The notes under the pieces were generated by a model. The model had not been told where the DNA came from, did not search any database, and saw only the letters and a list, made by a program, of their open reading frames with translations. This document shows positions 24,209-31,341 of a DNA stretch of 37,050 bases, in pieces. Each line of letters opens with the position of its first letter. Within the stretch, counting starts at the first letter, position 1. The stretch comes from a virus. Made by a program: the position numbers and the translations under genes. The DNA lies in the IMG/VR virus record IMGVR_UViG_3300017613_000255, one strand, 5' to 3'.

Positions 24209-24906
24209 AAAGAAAAGCATTAGCTATATGTCCATCAAGGCAAAGGGTTGAAATGTGCAGAATTATGTGCAGTTCATTCTTAGAAACCAGGCATGATACT
24301 GATTTGGTGCTTGTGATTGATGAGGATGATCCACAGTATAGTGAATATCTTGACCTGTGTTTTTCTAATCCAATTCTCTACTATGTAAATAACAAATCTA
24401 TAAACATGACATACACACAGATGCTTAATCATCAATACTTAAGTTATCCACACTATGAGTATTACCATATAACCAATGATGATTTTGTATATTTCACAGA
24501 TGGGTGGGATAGGCGGTTTATCCAGGTGCTAAGGGATTATGGTTCCGGTGTGGCTTATGGGAATGATCTATACATGGGAAGGAATCTGCCAACAGCACCC
24601 TTCATCTCAGCAGAGGTAGTTCGTGCATTAGGTTGGGTTCAATTGCCTACTCTCACTCATTTGTGTGGTGATATGGTATGGAAGGTCATTGGTGAGGGGT
24701 TGGAATCTATCTACTACTTGAAAGATGTGATCATAGAGCATAAGCATCCTCTTGTGAACAAAGCACCTAAAGATGTGATATTTGAGAAAACCAATAGCAA
24801 GGAGATGTATTCTAATGACAATGCGGCTTTCAGGCATTGGGTATTGAATGACTCACATGATGATATAGAAAGGATCAAGAAGTATGGTGCTGATTTGGAA
24901 GTGTGA
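24205..24906 (+). CDS. GT-A-like glycosyltransferase (alternative ATG at 24145)
   Basis: ALAICPSRQR...DLVLVIDEDDP...ITNDDFVYFTDGWD...IIEHKH gives a beta1-SR start, acidic DxD-like motifs and a C-terminal His. Confidence 0.5.
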   Translation: MKRKALAICPSRQRVEMCRIMCSSFLETRHDTDLVLVIDEDDPQYSEYLDLCFSNPILYYVNNKSINMTYTQMLNHQYLSYPHYEYYHITNDDFVYFTDGWDRRFIQVLRDYGSGVAYGNDLYMGRNLPTAPFISAEVVRALGWVQLPTLTHLCGDMVWKVIGEGLESIYYLKDVIIEHKHPLVNKAPKDVIFEKTNSKEMYSNDNAAFRHWVLNDSHDDIERIKKYGADLEV

Positions 24907-25078
24907 TACCTGTGGGAAACCTGCTGATTACAAGTCAGGGAAAGAGTTCTTTTGCTTGGAGCATTGGGAGATACATTTAGGTCATAAAGACACGATTGAG
25001 AGCCGGAACAGGGCAGATGGTTATGAAACAGGTGTTCCTGGCTCTAAACCACCAAAGAATGCAAATGAAGGGCAATAG
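24884..25078 (+). CDS. Small zinc-ribbon-like protein
   Basis: CDTC...CLEH pattern in 64 aa. Confidence 0.4.
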   Translation: MVLIWKCDTCGKPADYKSGKEFFCLEHWEIHLGHKDTIESRNRADGYETGVPGSKPPKNANEGQ

Positions 25079-25086
25079 GATCAGCT

Positions 25087-25911
25087 ATGAGAGATAAAAT
25101 TAAGGTTAGTTTGATAGCATCAAGTGTAAGACCCCAATTATATGAAGATTTCTTTAAATCTCTAAAAGGCACAAGTGTTGAATATGAGGTTGTGTTTGTG
25201 GGTAATATTGATTTAAGGAATCCTGCGTTAAAGGAGCAAATTGAGTGTGAGGTGTATTGCGAGTATAGTAAAGAAACAATTTATTTTGGTAATCATTGGA
25301 AGTATATCAGGACAAAGAATATAAAACCTGCCCAATGTTACGAGATCGCAAGAAGAAATGCTGTTGGAGAAACCATTGTGTGGGTTGCCGATGATTGTGA
25401 GTTTCCTAATGATGTGATAGGCAAGGCATACACATATTGGAAGGCATCCAAGAATAATAAGTTGATTTTATCCATCCAAACCAAAGAGTCAGGGTATAAC
25501 TTACCACAAGGGCAGTTCTTTGATATGACAAAGCACCGGCTTCATGCTTACAAAATGGAAACACCCTTGATGGCTCCGCTTGGTATGATGAGCAGGAAAT
25601 TCTTAGATGAGTTGGGTGGGTTTGACAAGCGTTTCGTGTGTGGACAATATGAGAACCAAGTTGTGGTGAGAGCCATGAAGAAGGGTGGATATGTTGTGAT
25701 TTTTGGTGGTGAGAAATGTTATGTAGATATTGACCATCTTGGCAAATCACTCAGGATCAGTGAATCTGTCAATGAAAAAGATTTCTTAAATAGACCTTTT
25801 GCCAAAGGGTATCAGAAAGACAGGGAAATCCTGATGCTTGAAGATTTCCAACCTTATGAGGATAAGGATATATTGACTAAATCACAGTCGCATAAAGGGG
25901 TGTGGGATTGA
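25087..25911 (+). CDS. GT-A / family 2-like glycosyltransferase
   Basis: KVSLIASSVRPQLYEDFFKSL...YEVVFVGN...IVWVADDCEF...LGGFDKRF. Confidence 0.65.
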   Translation: MRDKIKVSLIASSVRPQLYEDFFKSLKGTSVEYEVVFVGNIDLRNPALKEQIECEVYCEYSKETIYFGNHWKYIRTKNIKPAQCYEIARRNAVGETIVWVADDCEFPNDVIGKAYTYWKASKNNKLILSIQTKESGYNLPQGQFFDMTKHRLHAYKMETPLMAPLGMMSRKFLDELGGFDKRFVCGQYENQVVVRAMKKGGYVVIFGGEKCYVDIDHLGKSLRISESVNEKDFLNRPFAKGYQKDREILMLEDFQPYEDKDILTKSQSHKGVWD

Positions 25912-25912
25912 A

Positions 25913-26056
25913 ATGGAGAATTTAGTGAAATATTTTATGGTTTTTCTTATTGCATATTCTTTGATTGAGATTTTTGTTTTTGGTAATTCGTATTTAATAT
26001 TTTTATTATCATATTGCAGTTTTGTATTTTATGCAGAGTGGATACATGATAAGTAA
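25913..26056 (+). CDS. Possible 47-aa two-TM hydrophobic peptide, not in the supplied track
   Basis: MENLVKYFMVFLIAYSLIEIFVFGNSYLIFLLSYCSFVFYAEWIHDK. It fills the AT-rich gap between two island genes. The SD is weak. Confidence 0.3.
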   Translation: MENLVKYFMVFLIAYSLIEIFVFGNSYLIFLLSYCSFVFYAEWIHDK

Positions 26057-27023
26057 TATTTTAATCACAGGTATAACAGGATCAGGTGGTTCTTACCTTG
26101 CCGATTACATCTTAGAAAACCATCCTGACATTGGTGTGCATGGCATCTGCCGGTGGCACAGCACATCAAGGTTGGATAACATTGAACATATTAAAGATAA
26201 CATTCACATCCATGAGTGTGATCTTTTGGATGTATCATCCATAATCAGAGTATTACAAGTTGTGAAACCATATCGCATATTCCACTTAGCGGCTTATGCC
26301 AATGTAAAGAAATGCTTTGACACTCCACTTGCAGTTGTAAATAACAATATCATGGGAACAGCGAACCTACTTGAAGCAATCCGTTTATCTTGCCCTGATG
26401 CGATTGTTCAAATATGTTCGACATCTGAGGTCTATGGCAATCCTAAAACTGTTCCCATGTATGAAGATCATCCACTTCAACCTGTGAATCCGTATTCTGT
26501 TTCCAAGTTAGCACAGGAGAAGTTGGCTTACGCATATCACCAGAGTTGGGGGTTGAATGTTATCATCACAAGGATGTTTGCTTATATCAACCCAAGAAGG
26601 CATGATTTATTTGCCACAGCATTTGCTAGGCAGGTGGCAAGAATGGAACATTATTTTGGTGGTAGGGTTATTAAGCATGGTAATCTTTCATCAGTAAGAA
26701 CCTTGATTGATGTGAGGGATGCGATGAGATCATATTGGTTAGCTTGTGATTGGTGTGTTCCTGGTGAAGCATATAATATTGGTGGGAAAGAGGTATTATC
26801 AGTCGGAACTTTCCTCACAAAGTTGATAGAACACGCATCAACAAATATGATTCCTGTTTTAGATAAGGGTTTGTTAAGACCTATTGATGTAACCAACCAA
26901 GTAGCCAATACTGAGAAGTTTGATAAACTCACAGGGTTTAAACCAAAATACACACTTGATGAAAGCATTGAGTTTTTACTAGAGCATTGTAGGAAGGAGA
27001 TCAATGAAACTAGATACAAATAA
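26046..27023 (+). CDS. Extended SDR nucleotide-sugar enzyme, GDP-mannose 4,6-dehydratase / GDP-4-keto-6-deoxymannose reductase (Rmd)-like (alternative start 26031)
   Basis: ILITGITGSGGSYLADYILE (Rossmann fold), CSTSEVYG, NPYSVSKLAQE (YxxxK), FARQVARME...GNLSSVRTLIDVRDAMRSY resembles the Rmd sequence as I recall it. Confidence 0.75.
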   Translation: MISNILITGITGSGGSYLADYILENHPDIGVHGICRWHSTSRLDNIEHIKDNIHIHECDLLDVSSIIRVLQVVKPYRIFHLAAYANVKKCFDTPLAVVNNNIMGTANLLEAIRLSCPDAIVQICSTSEVYGNPKTVPMYEDHPLQPVNPYSVSKLAQEKLAYAYHQSWGLNVIITRMFAYINPRRHDLFATAFARQVARMEHYFGGRVIKHGNLSSVRTLIDVRDAMRSYWLACDWCVPGEAYNIGGKEVLSVGTFLTKLIEHASTNMIPVLDKGLLRPIDVTNQVANTEKFDKLTGFKPKYTLDESIEFLLEHCRKEINETRYK

Positions 27024-27693
27024 ACCTGTTTTTATTTTAGCACATGGAACATCTATCACAGAGTTGGAATCATGGATCGACCAATATAAGGATTTAGATG
27101 TTTACTGGGCATCATTCAACTATTTTATGACTACAGAAGAAATACTGAATCTGGTGGGGTTGCATACTAACATCCTATATGTTTACTGTCAGCTAGGATA
27201 TAAGATCAACAAGGAGTATTTCCTAAATTACTTTAATAGTGGTGATGATAGGGTAGCTATAATCAATAATATTGTTCACATTATGAACATTTTTCCGTCA
27301 TTAAAAGAGTCCTACAAGACAAAGATGCTTGTGTGGAATACTAATGTTAATGGTGGAACATTGATGAACTTCATGGTTACTCTGATGCAGATAGGGTTCA
27401 AGCGACTTTGCTTGTTTGGTGTAGATGGGTATGGTGATGGAGTGAGAACTCATTATAAACAATCCTATAGAGCAAAACGATTCCCTGTAGTTTTTAATAA
27501 CATCACTATTAATTTAAGTAATTATTATGATGTATTAAATATGCTGTGGACAGATACAAAGAAACTGAATAATATTGGTGGTTATTATCTTAAAGAATAT
27601 AAGAATGTAGAGATTAATAATTGTAATCCTGAAAGTTTGGTTACTTGTTTTGATAAGATTAAATACAACCAAGTCAAGGAGATTTATCAATGA
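27004..27693 (+). CDS. Cst-II (GT42)-like or DUF115-like glycosyltransferase
   Basis: VFILAHGTSITELE, DLDVYWASFNYF and GGTLMNFMVTLMQIGFKRLCLFGVDGY parallel the Campylobacter Cst-II segments VIIAGNGPSLKEID, DFDVFRCNQFYF and TSGVYMCAVAIALGYKEIYLSGIDFY. Confidence 0.5.
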   Translation: MKLDTNKPVFILAHGTSITELESWIDQYKDLDVYWASFNYFMTTEEILNLVGLHTNILYVYCQLGYKINKEYFLNYFNSGDDRVAIINNIVHIMNIFPSLKESYKTKMLVWNTNVNGGTLMNFMVTLMQIGFKRLCLFGVDGYGDGVRTHYKQSYRAKRFPVVFNNITINLSNYYDVLNMLWTDTKKLNNIGGYYLKEYKNVEINNCNPESLVTCFDKIKYNQVKEIYQ

Positions 27694-28466
27694 AGTTATC
27701 TGTCCTAGTGCCTGGCATCAGAACCAAGAATTGGAGAAAACTCTATGATTCAGTTATAGAATCATTTAGTGGCAGTTGGGAGATGGTGATTATATCTCCC
27801 TATAAACTGCCGGATGAATTAAAGGGCAACCAGAATATCAAGATTATTGAGGATTGGGGTTCGCCTATGAGATGTCAGCAGAGAGGTTTAACACAGGCAG
27901 AGGGTGATTATGTTACATGGGCGGCTGATGATGGGGTTTACTTGCCTGGTATGCTTGACAAATCCTTTGAGTATCTTGATCGCTGTGAATATGGATGTGA
28001 TGATGCTAAGTTGGTTATGGGTAAATATACTGAAGGTGATGGCAACACAGGGCACATGATGAATGGGGATTATTATATTCTCAACAACCACAATGCTTCA
28101 AATTGTTGGTTCGTGCCTGACAACACATGGATGCTGAATGTTGGTGTAGTGCCTACAAAACTGCTTATGGAAGTTGGTGGGTGGGATTGTCAGTTTGAGG
28201 TTTGTCCTATGGCATATAATGACCTTGCTATCAGGTTGCAAAGACATGGTGTAAGATTTATTATCCAAGATGAGATTATGTATAAATGCACACATCTGCC
28301 AGGACATGAAGGGGATCATGCACCTATCCATGATGCTATGATTGAACATGATATGCCTTTGTTTAAGGAGATTTATGACAAGATAGAGAGCAGGGAGAGG
28401 ATATTTATTGAGTGGGATAATTGGGAGCAATCACCTGAGAGATGGGTTAGGAGATTTGGGGAGTGA
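27690..28466 (+). CDS. GT-A / family 2-like glycosyltransferase (paralogue-like of 25087..25911)
   Basis: LSVLVPGIRTKNWRKLYDSV...WEMVIISP...YVTWAADDGVY...VGGWDCQFE. Confidence 0.65.
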   Translation: MKLSVLVPGIRTKNWRKLYDSVIESFSGSWEMVIISPYKLPDELKGNQNIKIIEDWGSPMRCQQRGLTQAEGDYVTWAADDGVYLPGMLDKSFEYLDRCEYGCDDAKLVMGKYTEGDGNTGHMMNGDYYILNNHNASNCWFVPDNTWMLNVGVVPTKLLMEVGGWDCQFEVCPMAYNDLAIRLQRHGVRFIIQDEIMYKCTHLPGHEGDHAPIHDAMIEHDMPLFKEIYDKIESRERIFIEWDNWEQSPERWVRRFGE

Positions 28467-29335
28467 AAACATCAGGGTATTTTGATGTCCACAGATATGA
28501 GATAGCTTGTAAATACAACACACCTTTTAGGGTTGTGCCGGTTGGTGATATTCATTATGACTCACCAAACTTTGCTGATGCCAGATGGCAACATTTCTGT
28601 GAAACTGAGATGGCTTGTAAGATACCGTCATTCTATTTTCTCATGGGAGATTATATAGATTTTGCATCATCATCTGAAAGGCACATTATCAGGGGTGGGA
28701 ACTTGCATTACTCATCACTAACAACACAAGAGAAGTGGTGCAAGAGTGCAATCAAGAAACTTGTGAAGGATGCACCATTCTTAAAAGGCAGAACAATAGC
28801 TGTTCTTAATGGCAACCATTACCTAGATTTTATGGATGGCACAAACTCAGATCAATACCTGGCAGGGTTGTTGGAAACTAAATACTTAGGGGTTGCAGGG
28901 TTTGTCCGGCTGTTGATTAAAAGAGATGCAACACACTCATTGAAGTATGATATGTTCGCACATCATGGAAAGACAGGTGCAAGTAAGGCATCATCAATAA
29001 GGGCGGTCAATAATCTTATACTATCACATCAGGCAGATTGTTATTTAATGGGCCATAACCATGACATCACAGCAGGGAAAGTTGATCGCCTTTATTTATC
29101 TGACTCAAGGAATGTTGATACTCTCAAGGTTAAGAACCGGCAGATTGCTTTAGTCAGGACAGGTTCTTTCTTAAAAACATGGCAACCAGGCAAGGTCAGC
29201 TATGGGGTGGACAGGTGCTATGTTCCTGCAACTATTGGTATCAGCTATCTCACAATAGTTCCCAAGAGAACATCTTATATGTTAGGCAAAAGAAGGTTGG
29301 AAGAACTGACTATTGAGGTGGATATTACAATATGA
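28463..29335 (+). CDS. Calcineurin-like metallophosphoesterase
   Basis: All five motifs are present in order: GDIHYD, MGDYIDF, NGNHY, HHGKTG, MGHNHD. GTG start overlaps the previous stop (GTGA). Confidence 0.8.
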   Translation: MKTSGYFDVHRYEIACKYNTPFRVVPVGDIHYDSPNFADARWQHFCETEMACKIPSFYFLMGDYIDFASSSERHIIRGGNLHYSSLTTQEKWCKSAIKKLVKDAPFLKGRTIAVLNGNHYLDFMDGTNSDQYLAGLLETKYLGVAGFVRLLIKRDATHSLKYDMFAHHGKTGASKASSIRAVNNLILSHQADCYLMGHNHDITAGKVDRLYLSDSRNVDTLKVKNRQIALVRTGSFLKTWQPGKVSYGVDRCYVPATIGISYLTIVPKRTSYMLGKRRLEELTIEVDITI

Positions 29336-30114
29336 ACATTCTTTCATTTGGTGGTGGTGTGCAAACAGTAGCTATGGCATTGATGTGTATTAATGGGGAT
29401 TTGCCTATGCCTGATTATTCTGTTTTCTCCGATCCTGGGTGGGAGTTAGAAGATACCTATAAATACCTGAGTTGGTTTATTCCTTACTGTGAGGATAAGG
29501 GTATGAGGTTCAGGGTTGTTGAGAATGGAAACATCAAGAAAGATGCTTTGAATAGAGATAGAAAGTGGGTAACAATGCCGCTATTCACAAAGGATGAGAA
29601 TGACAAGGCAGGGATGTTAATGCGACAATGCACAAATGATTATAAGATTATACCTGTGTATAAAATGGTGAGAAAGTTGTTAGGTTTGAAACCATATCAG
29701 AGAACAAAAGAACCTGCAAATGTTTGGCTAGGGATTTCCATTGATGAAGCCACTAGGATGAAACCTAGCAGGGTGGGGTATGCCATTAACATATATCCAT
29801 TGATTGAGAATAACATCAGCAGGGCAAAGTGCATTACATATATACAAACAATGGGATTTCACTTACCACCTAAATCTGCTTGTGTTGGATGCCCATATCA
29901 TAGTGATATGTTTTGGCAATCATTAAAGACAGGTTATCCATTAGAGTTTAGTGATGCTGTTGATTTTGATATTAAGATAAGACACAACTCAAGGAAAGGC
30001 ATTAAATCACCAATGTATTTACATAGGAGTTGCCAACCACTAGAGGATGTTGATTTCACTCAAGGGCAGATGGATTTGTTTCAGGAAGAATGTGAGGGGT
30101 ATTGTGGCTTGTGA
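29332..30114 (+). CDS. PAPS reductase / adenine-nucleotide alpha-hydrolase-like protein with a C-terminal Cys cluster
   Basis: ILSFGGGVQTVAM (PP-loop variant), RQCTNDYKIIPV, SACVGCPYHSD, ECEGYCG. Confidence 0.65.
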   Translation: MNILSFGGGVQTVAMALMCINGDLPMPDYSVFSDPGWELEDTYKYLSWFIPYCEDKGMRFRVVENGNIKKDALNRDRKWVTMPLFTKDENDKAGMLMRQCTNDYKIIPVYKMVRKLLGLKPYQRTKEPANVWLGISIDEATRMKPSRVGYAINIYPLIENNISRAKCITYIQTMGFHLPPKSACVGCPYHSDMFWQSLKTGYPLEFSDAVDFDIKIRHNSRKGIKSPMYLHRSCQPLEDVDFTQGQMDLFQEECEGYCGL

Positions 30115-30186
30115 TGAGTGCAAGAGGTTGCAGTATTGGTTTGAGATATTTAAGGATGTTCAATGTTGGTTAGTTAAACAGGGGTT

Positions 30187-30507
30187 ATGGGAACAATGTT
30201 GGAAAGAGATAAGCCAAGAAAGAAATACAAACTCTACCTCTTTGAGTGGGTAGATGCTGAGAGTGATGTGTCCTGGGATACTGCATCTGCTGTTAATGAG
30301 TGGGCAGAGGAAGATTGTTTGATTCGTGAGATTGGGTGGCTTGTGAGGAGAACTAAGAAGCATATTATTGTGGGATCACAGATAGGGCAGAATGGGGATA
30401 TAGGTAATAAAACTAAGATTCCAAGAGTGTATTTAAGAAGCATGAAAAGGATTAATTTAGACACTTCAACATTAACTGAGGAATTACATGGAAAAAGGCA
30501 AGATTGA
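30187..30507 (+). CDS. Hypothetical protein
   Basis: ATG after CAGGGG. 106 aa. Confidence 0.55.
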   Translation: MGTMLERDKPRKKYKLYLFEWVDAESDVSWDTASAVNEWAEEDCLIREIGWLVRRTKKHIIVGSQIGQNGDIGNKTKIPRVYLRSMKRINLDTSTLTEELHGKRQD

Positions 30508-30646
30508 ACTACCCAAACTAAGCCATGATGATAGAATGGTGCTTTTAAGAACCAAGATGCTCCTGGCATGTTACCGGCATTTGGTTAGGAGAGAGGAATT
30601 GCCCTTGATTGATGAGTTTGATGAGTTTGTGGAGAGGCATACATGA
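30488..30646 (+). CDS. Small 52-aa ORF, translationally coupled to the methyltransferase gene, not in the supplied track
   Basis: The ATG lies 5 nt after GAGGAA. The stop overlaps the ATG at 30643 (ATGA). It fills the 135-nt gap. Confidence 0.45.
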   Translation: MEKGKIELPKLSHDDRMVLLRTKMLLACYRHLVRREELPLIDEFDEFVERHT

Positions 30647-31263
30647 AGGTGCTGAACTTATATGCAGGGATTGGCGGCAATAGAAAGCTATGGGAAGATG
30701 TTGAGGTTACTGCTGTGGAGATCAATCCTAAGATCGCAGGGATATACCAGGATTTCTTCCCTCAAGACAAGATGGTGATTGGTGATGCACACCAGTATTT
30801 GCTTGAGCATTTTGGGGAGTTTGAGTTCATTTGGTCATCTCCACCTTGTCCTACACATAGCAGAATCAACATAGGTGTTATGGGGGTAGATAGTAAATAC
30901 TCAAGTGGGAATCCATATAAATATCCTGATATGGCATTGTATCAACAGGTAATACTTCTAAAGCAGTTTTGCAAAACAAAATATTGTGTTGAAAATGTTA
31001 TCCCATACTATAAACTACTGATACCTGCAACAGAGGTGGATAATCATTTGTTCTGGACTAACTTTGCTATTGGGAGTTTCCCAAAGGGGTGCAGAGAACA
31101 TTATGGAAGTATGGGAGAGTTGTCAATGGCTAAAGGTTTTGATTTGTCAAGTTATGGGAATATTGATAAAAGAAAGGTTCTAAGAAATTGTGTAAATCCG
31201 CACCTGGGGTTGCATATTCTCAATGAATCAAAAAGGAGTGTTTACCCTGAGTTATTTAGGTGA
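30643..31263 (+). CDS. Miniature C5-cytosine methyltransferase-like protein (206 aa)
   Basis: Motif I LNLYAGIGG, motif IV SSPPCPTHS, motif VI CVENV, motif X-like LRNCVNP. Only about 60 aa lie between ENV and the C-terminal motif. Confidence 0.6.
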   Translation: MKVLNLYAGIGGNRKLWEDVEVTAVEINPKIAGIYQDFFPQDKMVIGDAHQYLLEHFGEFEFIWSSPPCPTHSRINIGVMGVDSKYSSGNPYKYPDMALYQQVILLKQFCKTKYCVENVIPYYKLLIPATEVDNHLFWTNFAIGSFPKGCREHYGSMGELSMAKGFDLSSYGNIDKRKVLRNCVNPHLGLHILNESKRSVYPELFR

Positions 31264-31276
31264 TGTGAAAAAATAC

Positions 31277-31306
31277 TTGACATAAACTAATATATATGCT
31301 TATAAT
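31277..31306 (+). promoter_or_regulatory. Sigma70-type promoter P3 (TTGACA, 18 nt, TATAAT)
   Basis: Both hexamers are perfect consensus. The inverted repeat CTTATAA-T-TTATAAG (31299..31313) overlaps the -10. Confidence 0.7.
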
Positions 31307-31341
31307 TTATAAGATCATTCCCTGTGGGGGTGGTCTTTTTT

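Noticed and set aside
24145-28466. Glycosylation island considered as a DNA base glycosylation system of the T-even type
   Set aside because: No dCMP/dUMP hydroxymethylase, thymidylate-synthase-like enzyme or nucleotide kinase is present to create a hydroxymethyl base for sugar attachment. The idea is kept only as something to exclude by nucleoside MS.
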